NCBI GenBank assembly: GCA_964016885.1
Contig: OZ024746.1
Coordinates: forward strand, 87,172,001 to 87,236,000
DNA length: 64,000 bases
Origin: Eledone cirrhosa
Lineage: Eukaryota
Reading direction: 5' to 3'
The position numbers and the translations under genes were made by a program. This document shows, piece after piece, positions 14,217-27,562 of this stretch. The notes under the pieces are model-generated. The model was not told the DNA's origin, made no database searches, and worked only from the letters and a program-made list of their open reading frames with translations. The first letter of the stretch is position 1; each line of letters begins with the position of its first letter.

Positions 14217-14271
14217 ACTGCCTGAAGAGGTCACAGCCAAAGATGGCTGTCACCGAAATATATATAGCAGT
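14217..14271 (+). ncRNA. Canonical type I hammerhead ribozyme in a solo pLTR-like element (~14170-14418)
   Basis: actgc-CTGAAGA-ggtcacagcca-aaga-tggctgtcacc-GAAA-tatatat-A-gcagt. 5-bp stem I, 10-bp stem II with one C.C mismatch, palindromic helix III, AUA site at 14266. Confidence 0.88.
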
Positions 14272-14414
14272 AATAAACGAAGCTAAATTTTAAACATTTG
14301 ATTGTATATTTTACTTTATCTTACATTACTCCGGAGTAACCAAACCAACCTGCGCACTTCGTCGAGTGCTCCAGCCTGCATACTGAGGTGTTGGTATACA
14401 ACCAACATATACTC

Positions 14415-14513
<99 letters not shown>

Positions 14514-14527
14514 ATTTTTACATATAT

Positions 14528-14807
14528 AATACTTATGCAATATTTTATTTTAATATTTTAGTAGAATGTTTGAAGAATAACCTTTAATACCGTACACATA
14601 GGCACGTGCTCATATAGATATACATGCAGCATATATAAACACACAGACACACACAGACACAGACACACACAGGTATACATATATATAGATGTGTGTATAT
14701 ATATATTGCATTTATATGTATATGTGTACCTACCTATATGCATAGCATTAAATGTTATTATTCAAACATTCTTCTAAAATATTAAAATAAAATATTGCAT
14801 GAGTATT
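14528..14807. repeat. ~60-bp inverted repeats around a microsatellite (MITE or foldback)
   Basis: atacttatgcaatattttattttaatattttagtagaatgtttgaa versus ttcaaacattcttctaaaatattaaaataaaatattgcatgagtat. Confidence 0.6.
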
Positions 14808-15850
14808 TCTATAAATTTGAGATGCTAAAAGATAATTAATCTTCAAACTAGATCCATTAGTAACGCTATTCCAGCTATGTTGTGTTAATATCTGATCAAG
14901 CATTTTTCAAATAAAAAAAAGTTCTACAGATCAGCATTTAGACCATTAAGGCTTGTACGTTTACATGAACATATTTATCTAGCTAAATCTATTGGCTCTC
15001 TAAACGTGACGAATTAATCTGGTCATATTTAGATTTCGAAATTGAAGTAGATAACCATCGATAAATCATTATTGAACGTGTGACTGTATAGTAAATAATC
15101 TGATGCTTGGAAATCCGATTTATCTGTATTTTCCCATTAAGAATCTATGCCATGACATTTTCCCGTTATTCAGCTTCAAAGGTTCTTGAAAAGAAAATAC
15201 GCTGCTTAACTGTCAAAGAAACTAAACCTGCTAGGCGAAATGACATTGTATATATAATTGTGTGAAATTGCAAGAACAATTTCATTTTTAGTTTTGCAGT
15301 TGGGAAGTTTACTGACAGTTCAGAATTAGTAGTTGTATATCATGTGCTATAAACTCCAACATATTTTCTTTTATTCTTACAGCGGGCAATGATCGTATAT
15401 TCTTAAATGGCAATCAGCTATCTAAATAACAAAAAATATTGTCTTAGTTAATTGTTTCCAGCTATTAAATATATATTAAATCATAAATGACCCTGTGTGT
15501 AACAGCGTTTCAACATGATTTGTAATCAAATGTAAATAGACTACATGTATGTTAATAGTAACATTAATACTTGATTTTAAATGTAGTAGCATAGGTGAAT
15601 ATGTGAGGATTTTGTTTCAATTTTAATGTCTGAATTAAATCATTTTAAATTCATAGGTCTTTTCCAAGGTCGTTTACACGGAAAGCTACCCCTTTGAGTA
15701 CCCTCGTAAATTAGTATGCTACCCTTCATGCAACAAACACTTCAAGTCGTCTTAACTATCTGCTTTCTTTTTTTTCCTGAACACCTATCTTCCCACTTCC
15801 TATAAAATTGTTTGCAAAATTGCAAACGAATCGATTATTAATATTCGAAA

Positions 15851-16036
15851 GAGGACGGTGGATTGGCAGTATCGGTAGAGGGTCGGAGGCATGCTTTCCA
15901 GCATAGTTACGTCCCTTTACGATCTGAGTTCAAATCCCGCCGAGGTTGACTTTGCCTTTCATCCTTACGGGATCGATAAAATAAAGTACCAGTAATGCAC
16001 TGGGTATTTGCTGGCCTTGTGCCTAAAGTAGAAACA
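15851..16036 (+). mobile_element. Full-length tRNA-derived SINE with a 17-bp TSD
   Basis: A and B boxes present; TSD attattaatattcgaaa at 15834-15850 and 16037-16053. Confidence 0.92.
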
Positions 16037-16315
16037 ATTATTAATATTCGAAAAACTAGGATTACATTTATTGAATTCAGCCATGTAGAGCGAAATTTTC
16101 TTTATATATATACATATATATATATTTCTTTAGGTTTGTTGGTTTTACCACTGGATAGAATTGGTCATTCCGTATGGTCAATCTTGGTGTAATATTTTGG
16201 AGAGTACTCAACGTAGTGCAGTTCACCCGTCTTCGTTTGTGTAGTTGGTGGTGCGAATACGGAGTTAATTATAAATAAAATAACAGGACTGGTCTAAATC
16301 CTTGAAAGGTTTATT

Positions 16316-16373
16316 ATACTATGATCATTTCAATGACCGGGTTCTATATGAATCCGGTGATATCATCAGGTAT
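16316..16373 (-). ncRNA. Type I hammerhead ribozyme motif
   Basis: Minus strand: atac-CTGATGA-tatcaccggattc-atata-gaacccggtcatt-GAAA-tgatcat-A-gtat. Palindromic helix III (atgatcat); U.U at 10.1/11.1. Confidence 0.75.
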
Positions 16374-16419
16374 TGGAATATAACAAAGGAATATGTAAAA
16401 TACCATGGGGCCGAAAAAT

Positions 16420-19345
16420 CAGAGACAGAGACAAAGAGGACAGCTGACCAACAAGCTGCCTTCACCTCGGCCAGTCGCCCTCAAAGTGATGGCAACTGAA
16501 TCTACTAATGACCATCTGGTGAGGGGGCGAAGGCTTATAATGCACTACCACCGCTCCGCCAAAGAAAAAGGGGAAGAAAGAAAGAAAGGAAAAAAGAAGA
16601 AAAAAGGAGGAAAGAAGTCAGCGTAAGGGGCACACTAGATTCATGCTAGAAAACGCTGCGAAAAATGCTACTCCGAAGAATCGATATTTAAAAAAAGGCA
16701 TATATAATGGGTGTCTGTATGGTCTAATGTGTGAACCGAAACTGGAACGTTAAACTTATGCCCTTCCTCACATTCCGCTTTACTTTCTCGTATGCGATTC
16801 GAGATGCCTCAAAGGCAACTTTTTCCTCATATACAGTCTTTCTCCATTTATTACGATCAGCAGCAATATTTTCCCATGTATCAGCAGAGATGTTAGCGTC
16901 TTTCAAAGAGGCTTTCACGGAATCCTTATACCTCTTTTTTGGTTTATGTGGCGGTCGTTTTCCTTTAACTAACTCTCCATAAAAGAGTTGTTTTAGTATT
17001 CTAGAATCCTTCATCCAGGCAAGGTGACCACTCCAACGGATTCGTTGCTTAAGCACACGAGCTTCTATACTGTCACACATAGAGCTTTCCAAAATGTCGA
17101 CATCACTGATGTGGTCCCTCCAGTGAACGCCATGGATCCGTCTGAGACACATCTGATGGAAACGCTCCAATTGCTTAAGGTGGTATCGATATGTGACCCA
17201 GGTCTCGCAGACATAAAGAAGACAAAAGAGCACACATGCCTTGTACACTGTACACCTTTACCTTTGTCTTCTTGCATATGTCTCGCCGACCCCAGAGTCG
17301 CCTTTCTAGCTTTCTGAAAGCAGCACTTGCTTTCCTAATCCTAAGTGAGATTTCACTATCAAGGTTGCTGTATCGATTGACAGTGCTTCCCAGGTAGACA
17401 AACTGATCAACCACTCCAAGTCGTTTACCATACACATAGATATTTGGTTCATTGTACTGCTTACCAGGGGCAGGTTGGTACATGACGACGGTTTTCTTGA
17501 GACTGACAGTCAATCCTAGGGCAGTGCAAGCGTCAGAAAATGTATTCAAAATGTGCTGCATATCACTCTCTGTGTGCGCTACAGGATCGCAATCATCTGC
17601 ATACAAGAGATCTCTTATGATTGATGTAAATCCTTTTGTCTTTGTAGCAAAGCGCCTGGTGTTAAATATGCTGCCTGATGTTCGATATCGGATGTAAACA
17701 CTATGCTCGCAATTCCTGAATGCAATACAGAAAACTATTGCAACGTATATGCAAACAGGGTCGGTGCTGTAATACCCCCCTGTTTCACTCCATTTTTTAC
17801 TGAGATAGGCTTCGACATGTTACCTCCGACATTAACCCAAGCCTTCATGCCCTCATGGAAAGACCTAACTGACGCAAGGAACTTATCAGGGCAACCAAGT
17901 TTCTGGAGGACCTTCCATAATGCATTTCTGTTAACAGTATCGAAAGCTTTTGTCAGATCGACAAAAACCTGATACAGATCCAAACCTTGTTCCATGCACT
18001 TCTCCCGGAGCTGTCTAGCTAAGAAGATCATATCAGTAGTGCCGCGTCCAGCACGAAAACCAGATTGACTTTCAGGAAGAACACAATCTGCAATGTGTGT
18101 CAGCAGACGGTCCAGAAGCACCCTACATAAATCTTTCCCTACGACAGAAAGCAATGATATACCTCTGTAGTTCCCACAATCATTCCTGTTACCCTTCCCC
18201 TTGTACAAGACCACCATTACTTCATCTCTCCAGTCCTCAGGTACGGATTCATTAGCCCATATCCTGCCAAACAAAGAGTGAAGATGTTGCAGGCGTCTCT
18301 CACCACCATATTGTAGGAGCTCAGCATGTATGCCATCCATACCTGGAGACCTTCCACTGTTTAGCTTCGAGATAGCCACTGCAACCTCCACAAGCGTCGG
18401 AGGTTCTGCGAGAGCTACTTTCACAGGACTTTCTGGAATGAGATTGAGATTGAGGAAATCACCATTGACGACAGACGGCTGATTCAAAAGATCATCAACG
18501 TGCTCTCGCCACCTTCGTAGAATTCCTTATGAGTCACGAAGAAGTGCCTTGCCATCCTTGCTGCGAAGTGGTGTCACCAGAGAAGAAGATGGTCCATAAA
18601 CTTCACGCAAGAGACTGTACAACAGGTTTGTGTTATTTGAATCTGACGCAGTTTGTATCTCATCAGCCTTCTCACTCCACCACTGATCCTTCATCTGAGA
18701 AAGACTCCGCCTAACACGTTATTTTACATCCTTGAGTTCCTCATGCAACGTATTCCTCTCCTGTGGTTTTGCCGTCAGGTAGCGTGACAGAGCACGCCTC
18801 GTATCAGCCAACAAGTCTTCTATATGTACATCATTCTCACTAAACCAGTCCTGATGTTTTCTCTGCACCAATTCCAGAACACGCCTGCCTACATCATAAA
18901 CCGACTTGTTAAGGGTCGGCGAATCCTCACCAAGATCTGCAACCTGCATCTCTTCTTGCAGTGTCCTCTTCACATTTTTATCCTTAAGACGAGCAGCATT
19001 CAATCTTTTGGGCAGGGCAACACCAGGAGCCCGGATTTTACGTTTAGTGATTACTTTCACTTTTGCGCGTAAAAGGCGGTGGTCCGTCCAGCACTCAATT
19101 CACGAAGAGCATGAACACACTGCACATCCTGTCTGTCACGCATCCTGACTAGGACGTAGTCCAAAAGATGCCATCCCTTAGATGCAGGATGCATCCATGT
19201 GGTCTTGAATTTGTTCTTTTGTTGGAACATGGTGTTGGTAACACACAGATCCAGCTCCTCACACATCTGCAGCAGGAGCATACCATTGTTGTTACATTTT
19301 CACGCCCCATGCCTTCCGATAACATTTCAATTGCCAATTATCTCT
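16420..19345 (-). mobile_element. RTE-clade LINE, 5'-truncated, ORF2 with several frameshifts
   Basis: AP-endonuclease C-terminus (TWMHPASKGWHLLDYVL, WTDHRL); RT motifs NYRGISLLS, ESQSGFR, FVDLTKAFDTV, GVKQGG and YADD; C-terminal LLYxCETW and RWSGHL. Confidence 0.93.
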
Positions 19346-19411
19346 TTTATATTGTTCTGGAACATCATCGAATTGGGAAAAAAAAAGAAAAAAAGTAATA
19401 ATAATAGTAAC

Positions 19412-19440
<29 letters not shown>

Positions 19441-19443
<3 letters not shown>

Positions 19444-19912
19444 TAGATGCAAATAGACCTGATATAATATTGAAGGACTTTCAAAGGAGGGTATGCCTGC
19501 TAATTGATATGTCTGTTCCAATAGACAAGAATGTATCTATAAAAACATTTGAAAAATTGAGCAAGTATAAGGACCTGGAGATAGAAATTGGAAAAATGTG
19601 GAAATTGAGAACTAAAACAATACCAGTGATTGTAGGCGCTCTGGGAATGATACCTAAGGGGTCTAACGACTACTTATCGCAAATCCCAGGAAACCCGCGT
19701 ATAGGAGAAATACAAAAGATAGTACTAATGGGAACTGTCCATATACTAAGGAAGATCCTGTCAATATAAGTACATCACAAGTCTAAACACTAAGGATGCA
19801 TGTGTGAATATGTATGTTCTTTCTTGAACATGGCGGACCTTGTTGTCTCTTGAGGTCACTGGTTGTGACTTGGTGATAACTCGTATGAACATAAAGCAAG
19901 ATAAATGCAAAT
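19441..19912 (+). mobile_element. 3' fragment of a Dong/R4-type non-LTR retrotransposon (REL endonuclease) in a (TAA)n tract
   Basis: RPDIILKDFQRRVCLLIDMSVP...EKLSKYKDL...PVIVGALG is a PD-(D/E)xK REL domain; (taa)n flanks at 19396-19440 and ~19910-19924. Confidence 0.85.
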
Positions 19913-20363
19913 AATAATAATAATACACTATTAATAAGTATTACTTAATGCAATCGTGCGATGCCTGTGCGTGACGAATATTTTTAAAGTGAGGAAAGGC
20001 TGGGCACTGAGCCAATCCCACTCTCTGAGCGACAGTAGCTATAAGCCGAAAAGAAGAAAAGATCAACATCATCGGTAACTACTGAGTCGCAGGTTTTATA
20101 GCGGGGTTAACTCAGTTTCCCGAAAGGCCTTCTGCTAGATGAATGCCGTGACAAGTGATAGAGGTTCTTCACTCCCAGTGGTTTAACTGCGCGATCGGGC
20201 ATCCAGCCCTATTATTTCTATCTCCCCGCGCAAAAAAACAAAACAAAAAAAAAATCACTTATTGACACTTATACGTACGACATACACACACGCGCACACA
20301 CGCACATACATACGCGCGCACACACCAACACTCATACATACAAACAAACATACACACGCTACT

Positions 20364-20429
<66 letters not shown>

Positions 20430-20431
<2 letters not shown>

Positions 20432-23091
20432 AGGGTTTTAAAGTTTGCTTGAAGCATTGTGAAATGTGTAAAATACGTAGTTTAGAAAGCCACAACAATG
20501 CAGAGGGAAATCTCGATGTAGGAAGTGAATGATAGATAGGAGAAATAGGAGAAAGTGAAAATTGAGAGAGACAAAGATGAAAACAAAACAAAGGTAGAAG
20601 GGTTACGGTGGTGGAGATTTAATCCCAATATTTCGGGCTCACGCCCATCAACGGGGGAAAGTTCCAAAAGGGGGGGAACAGGCTAAGTCGGAGAAAGTTG
20701 TGACGTCGTTAAAACAGGAATGCCGTTATGGGGAGAAACATTTTTTAAAATTTAAATGAGGGAAAGAATGCGCGTGCGCGTGATAGGCTGTGGCAAAAGC
20801 TACTGACCAAATGGGTTAAATCAAGAGGGTGCACTCGAAACAGCAAACTACCCACCTTCTACCACCTGGTTAAAACACATAAACAAGGACCCGATTTGAA
20901 AATCAGGCCCATTGTCTCTAGCGTGGAGGGCCCACTCTACAAAATATCATGGCTGCTCTCCACACTACTGAAACCCATTCTACACACACTACCAGCCCAC
21001 GTCTGCAGCTCAAAGGAGGTCTTGGAGCGACTACACCATCTGGCGCCCAACACCAGAAAGGACAACGGTTATGCCTTCAGTCTTGATGTGGTCGCCCTTT
21101 ATACCTCCGTACCAGCATCCCCAGCCGTCGACCTGTTGACCGAACGAGTCCGAGCATCTAACTTACACTGCTTCGGACTCACACACACGGACATCCACCA
21201 ACTCCTCTCCTTCGTTGTGGATAATGCACTCTTCAATTTCCTCGGCCACACGTACAAACAAATCTCTGGGCTACCTATGGGCTCTAGTCTGTCCGGCATA
21301 CTTGCGATCTCGTACATGGACCACCTGGAACGCAAGGCACTCAATACCTGCCAACCCAACGCCGTCGCCTTCTACTCCAGATACGTTGATGACATCCTGA
21401 TACTTACTTCTTCCCGGGAGATGGCGAATGAAATTCACCAAATCTTCAACGATACTGACCATCACGTCGATTTCACCATCGAACACCCAGGAGAAGACGG
21501 GTCACTCGCCCTCCTCGACTTCCGTATCAACATCTCGGAAGAAGGAGACATAAACACCACCTTCTACCGCAAAGCAGCGTGCAAGGACTTATTTGTGCAT
21601 TACAACTCAGCCCTCCCCAACAACGCTAAGAGAGGCTATGTCCTAAATGAACTGACACGGATCACTAACAGATGCAGCGACCCGATGGGTGGTCTCACCC
21701 ATACCACGCAATTCCGTAATCTACTCTAGTCTAATGGATATCCCAAGCGACTGATTAACGGATTAGAGACCCCAGACCCAATAGACAGACACCCACTAGA
21801 ATCTTAAATAAAAGCAGGTGCTTCTTTAAAATCCCCCACCTGAGTGAATATACCACGAACGCCATCCGCAGGGCCATACGGACGGAGGGACTTGACATAC
21901 ATTTGGCCCACACAGGACCTTCGCTGCAAAGATGCCTCTCCAACAAACCCGACGAGTCAGATGGGACGTGTTCCCTCAGCAACTGCCCGATACGGGGGGC
22001 AGATTGCCTACGCACCTATGTCGTATATAAGATTCAATGCGATAAATGCAACAAGTTTTACATAGGTAGCACCATCCGACCCCTACATGTTCGTATCAAG
22101 GAACATATCAACACCAACGCATCTTCCTTCCGTAAACACATCCTTAAATGCGGAAACCCACAGGGTAGACCCTTGGTCACAGTCCTAGCGACTGAACGCA
22201 GCATCTGATCCTTAAGGATAAAGGAATCACTTGTTATTAAGAACCTCAGACCCCCACTTAACAACCGGGCTGAGAGAAATGAGCTGACATGGCTAACTTA
22301 ACCATAGTGACCATTCACAGCCCTTACGGCCTGCTATTTTCACACACACGCACGTATATGCATACCCATACGCATACACACACACATCTATATTTATACA
22401 CGCACGCATGTTTTTACAACCTACCACCTTTCACACCCTTTGATTTCCAGCTTCTACAGCCCACTATCTTTCACACACACACGCACTCACACATATAGAC
22501 ACACAGTTACACACACATATATACCCATACGCATACACACACACATCTATATTTATACACGCACACATGTTTTACAACCTACCACCTTTCACACCCTTTG
22601 ATTTCCAGCTTCTACAGCCCACTATCTTACACACACACACACACTCACACATATACACACTTACACATATACACACACAGTTACACACACATATATATTT
22701 ACACACACATATTTTACGGCTTTCACACGCTAGCGCACCCTCTTGATTTAACCCATTTGGTCAGTAGCGTTTGCCACAGCCTATCACGCGCACGCGCATT
22801 CTTTCCCTCATTTAAATTTTAAAAATTGTTTCTCCCCATAACGGCATTCCTGTTTTAACGACATCACAACTTTCTCCGACTTAGCCTGTTCCCCCCCTTT
22901 TGGAACTTTCCCCCGTTGATGGGCGTGAGCCCGAAATATTGGGATTAAATCTCCACCACGGTAACCCTTCTACCTTTGTTTTGTTTTCATCTTTGTCTCT
23001 CTCAATTTTCACTTTCTCCTATTTCTCCTATCTATCATTCACTTCCTACCTCGAGATTTCCCTCTGCATTGTTGTGGCTTTCTAAACTACG

Positions 23092-23095
<4 letters not shown>
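20430..23095 (+). mobile_element. Penelope-like element (Penelope/Poseidon type): RT + GIY-YIG, inverted pseudo-LTRs
   Basis: RT at 20896-21729 ([26 protein letters not shown]) ends at a premature stop. GIY-YIG at 21903-22208 (VVYKIQCDKCNKFYIGST...RIKEH). ~360-bp inverted repeats at 20472-20832 and 22735-23095; (TA)n flanks. Confidence 0.93.
22909..22944 (+). ncRNA. Atypical minimal HHR-like motif in the PLE pLTR (inverse copy at 20623-20658)
   Basis: tccc-CCGTTGA-t-gggc-gtga-gccc-GAAA-tat-T-ggga. Stems I and II are intact; the core differs from consensus (U4C, A6U). Confidence 0.5.
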
Positions 23096-23147
<52 letters not shown>

Positions 23148-23352
23148 CCGTCATTACTGATAAAAAACACAAATTAACAAAACACACGCACGCACACAAC
23201 ACAACAACAACAACAACAACCACCAGCTCAGAGCGTGGAGAGCCATAGCTCTATGCTGTAAAGCAATTATAATAATACTGAACTGTAACACGAACGTCTT
23301 CAACTATACGAACACTTGAAAGTCAACAGTTGACATAATCTTGTAATCTTAT

Positions 23353-23385
<33 letters not shown>

Positions 23386-23479
23386 GCTATGTAGTAAACA
23401 ACATAAGATAATTATTTCATTTACCAGTGGTAACCTACATAGAGCACTCTTTTTCCCTGGATCTTTCCGACGGAATTAC

Positions 23480-23540
<61 letters not shown>

Positions 23541-24239
23541 GTATGTATATCACTTTGACTGATTAAAACAAATATATAGTGAAAAAGATAATTCGATTTA
23601 ACATAATTCCAAGGGTAATCATGAGTATAATTAAATTATTATATATACTCAATAATTTAGTTAGAAAGATCGAAATTAAAAATTAAAAATGTTATTAACT
23701 AACCATGGTGCTTATAAATGTAGTATATATGATATTATCAAACCGGATTTATTTAGATATTAGCATTTGTATAGTTCGTTTATAAACTATAATATTTTAA
23801 TCGATATTTGTCAATTATATATAATAATTATTAGTTATAATTACACTTATGAGTGTTATAATTTTGATTTAACTAGATTTTACTGTATTCAATACTATAC
23901 ATCAAGTTAAGTACATATTATTATTCAGTTTAGATCAAACGAAACTTTTATACGATAAATGTAAACAATATCTTCGTACGACATAATCAAACCTTCAAAG
24001 TAATTAAACGGTTTACGAGTCTGAAGATATTACATATATCAAATATATAAGATACAGGATTAAAAAAATACTAAATCAAAACTTCGGGTTTTTAAACAAT
24101 CAAGAGACTAACATACTCATTAAAATAGCAGGTAAACAATTTCTATGGTTAGGTGGAAACCTTATATCCAATATTAATAATAGCAAAAATAAAAGCATTA
24201 CAAGAATTATTAATCAGAGTCAAAATCAGTTCTCACTTA

Positions 24240-26320
24240 GTTAATGTTTTTTCCCGATTTGTGCAGGCAGTTTGAGAATAACTAACTTTTTTTGTTAATT
24301 AAATTACCATAATTAGCAATTATTAATATAGTCTCGGTATTGCAAAGATTGCAGTTAGTGTAGATAGAGGAAGTTTGGTAAACTTGACAGTTGCGAAGTT
24401 TAGACCAAAGTATTGAGTATTTTAAGTTGTTCTCTTTTAAAGAACATATTAGTTGTGATAAAGAAGTATAACATTTCTTATCCGGATTAGAAAAAGAATG
24501 TTTATGATTGGAAAATCTCAGTTTAAAGCTCGATGAAGTTGCACCTATGTAGTTGTAGGTAATGTTATTTGCTTTAACGGTACATATATATACTAAGTTC
24601 TTATCAGGGCAGTTATTTTGCAAAGGGCAATCCGATCTATTTCTACAGTTACAGTTTGATTTTCTGTTATTTATATAATCTAAACTGTTCGTATTAACCT
24701 TGCTAATATTTGTAGGTTTTCTACTGTAAAAGTGCTTAAATTAATGTTATTGTTATTCTCTGTATCAATATTATCGTTAATATTGATATTGTCATTATCA
24801 CTAATTACCTGTTGGTTATAATTAAACATTCTGCTATTTATTTTTGCAATGTTTTGAACCATATTCATAGTTCAACTGTGTGTCTATTGCAGATAGAGTA
24901 GTATTTATGTGTTCTAGGGAAACATATATCTAATGCTCTAAAAATAATTGTGCTAGGAGTGTTTTAATAGCTAAAGATGCTGGTGGTGCATACCAAATAA
25001 CAGATTTTGTTCTGATATCATTCCTCGACTTATTCAAGAAATTACTATTTTTATTTATATCTAAATTATTTTTATTTTTAGAGTCTGCTTTATTTATATT
25101 ATTCCTATTATTATTTAGTTTATAATTAGAAATACTATTATCTAGATATTCAATATTATTTTTATATCCTGCCTTATGCAACGCTTCATTATAATATCTA
25201 GCTTTGTTATTAAAAATGGATTTGTTAGCAGATAATCTAGTTTGACGTTGTTCAACACTATTGACTATTGCATTTTTAACACATTTAGGATGGTTGGAAT
25301 GAAAGCTAACATAATTTAGGTTTTCATTGGGTTTATGGAAGGGATAATATAGTCCTGAATTTAAATTAAGCGTGACATCAAGGAAGTTAACTACTTTACT
25401 GTTACTTTCTACTTCTAATTTCAGGTCATAATTTTTAAAGAATTCTATAATTGTTTTCTTTACCTTATTTAGTTCACTATTGCTATGTTTAACTACAGTA
25501 AATAATATATCATCTCTATATAAACCACCGGTAACCTCCGGCAATTTCCTAATTATCATATTAAGGATAAAAATTCCCAGAAGATCGGTGGCCTGCGCAG
25601 AATCGGTAATGTCGACATTTTTATGCCTAACAGAATGAGTCCAAAAATTATTATTAAAATTAATCAAGGTTCGTCTACCCGTTAATATGATATTAATCTC
25701 CTCGCTAGATGGATCAGTATGTTTATAAGCGTAAGATAAAGCATTATTCAAAATATTAGGTGTTATAGATGAGTAGTAACTTGTTATGTCCATTTGAATA
25801 AATGTATGATATTTCTTATTTTCAATGTTCCTAAACCAATCAACTACTTCACTTGTGTCCTTCCATAAGCTAAGCTTTGACTTCAATTTCAATGTTGGCA
25901 AAATTCTATCCATAATATTTTTACTAATTATTCGAATGTCCGACTTAGATGGTGCTTTAAGTCTAACTGGCAAGTCCGCTTCGAAATTTCCTTTGTGGTC
26001 TTTAAAATTTATCCGCGGCTGCCTTGATATGAAAGGTTCGCTCTTTCTTTCAATTCCGAGTTTGGCTATATTTCAAACGCATCATTATTGATGTCTACTA
26101 GATCCTCGGCCGGGGACTTTCTGTAATTCTTTCTCAATTCTTTTAAAATTATGTCCTTATATTCTCTTTTATCTATCCCGTATAAGTTGTTGGTTTCGTC
26201 TGCCTTCACCAATATTTTATTTACTTTTTTTATATAAATAATTTTTTCTCTCAGACTTCTAATGTATTCTTGGCCTTTATATGGGTTTTTCTTAAATTTT
26301 ATCCTCCTTAATATACCAGA
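24240..26320 (-). mobile_element. Penelope-like element, Neptune-type, degenerate
   Basis: RT ORF 24930-25973 (FIQMDITSYYSSI, GGLYRDD, NFLDVTLNL, SNHP); motif B lacks the MGS residues. Cys-rich linker (CNC..CPL..C) precedes GIY-YIG 24282-24623 (LVYICTV...YIGAT...CNLCNTE). KADETNNLY upstream. Confidence 0.88.
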
Positions 26321-26827
26321 GGAAGTACTGATGAAATAGCTCGAAATATGTATCATAAAATATATTTGATCACATGAATGTCTATATTTATTAATATTTT
26401 GAAGTAATATTAATAACTCCAAAAAACCTCTTGTTGAGTGCTTCTAATCAATTGTAAAACTGTATTCATTGAATAATCAATGAACCTTGTTAAACTTTTG
26501 GTTATATATATATATATATATATTAGTATATAATATTTAAAAGGTATATCCATATAAACTAGACAAGATCATAGAAATATATATATGTTTTTGGCAACCA
26601 TTCATATATATATATTCTACCCGAAAACGTTTACACTGGAAAAGACATTCTTGTATAAATATTTAACTTGCTTAAATATAGCTATATATAATACCATTTT
26701 CGTAGTATGATGATCAAATTACGATATAACTGTGTACACTAAATTAGTATTAAAATATTTATACATATAAATATTTTCCTGTAGTGTGTATGCATTTTAT
26801 TGGCGGAGTCTGTTTATATGTATATAT

Positions 26828-26894
<67 letters not shown>

Positions 26895-27034
26895 AATATA
26901 TATATATATATTAAAAACAAAACAAAAACAAAAACAATAACGAAGAGGGTAGTGCAGTCAGTGTTAGCATCAGGTTCACGCTTGAGAGCGCGGTAGCGTG
27001 TGGGGGTGACATTTCGGGCATATATATATATATA

Positions 27035-27300
27035 TTTATTTAGAAAGTAAACAACTCATTATATAACTACTCCTTTACCAAAGGTTTCAGGACTCTAGAC
27101 ATTATTAACATACGTCTAGTTCGCTCATCAGATAGAGGGGTTATGAAAATAATATTAACATTCGCTCATCAGACTTTTTGAATATATATATATTGATAAC
27201 CCCCCTATCTGATGAGTGAACTAGACGTATGATAATATTGTCTAGGGTTCTGAAACCGTTGGTAAGTAGTTATATATTGTGTTGTTCACTTTCTAATTAA
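27035..27300. repeat. Inverted pLTR-like pair, each arm with an HHR-like motif
   Basis: Plus copy ~27203-27270: CTGATGA-gtgaactagac...gtctagggttct-GAAA-ccgttggt-A. Minus copy ~27070-27138. Stem I is poor. Confidence 0.6.
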
Positions 27301-27361
27301 ATAGCTCTGTTTTATACATAGAGCACTCTTTTTTCATTTGCTTCCTCTTTGCTCGGAAATA

Positions 27362-27431
<70 letters not shown>

Positions 27432-27435
<4 letters not shown>

Positions 27436-27562
27436 AACGAGTAGGACCCCGACGGCTGAGCTCAAGCCCTTTCGACGGCTAATTCTGGACTAAATCAGAA
27501 TTAGTCTAGAATTAGCTGTCGAAACGGCTTGAGCTCAGCCGTCGGGGTCCTACTCGTTCCTA
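27432..27562. repeat. ~130-bp near-perfect palindrome containing the 3' half of an HHR
   Basis: taggaacgagtaggaccccgacggctgagctcaagcc...ggcttgagctcagccgtcggggtcctactcgttccta; contains GAAA-cggcttgagctcagccgt-C-gggg. Confidence 0.85.

Noticed and set aside
15851-16036. tRNA gene suggested by A/B boxes
   Set aside because: No cloverleaf; multi-copy with TSDs, so a SINE.
19985-20225. GC-richer structured segment, considered as a twister or HDV ribozyme
   Set aside because: Could not fit either consensus by eye; likely a LINE UTR or other repeat.
26328-26360. CTGATGA-aatagctc-GAAA-tatgtatc remnant
   Set aside because: Stem II and stem I cannot form; probably a deleted copy of the 38117 family.
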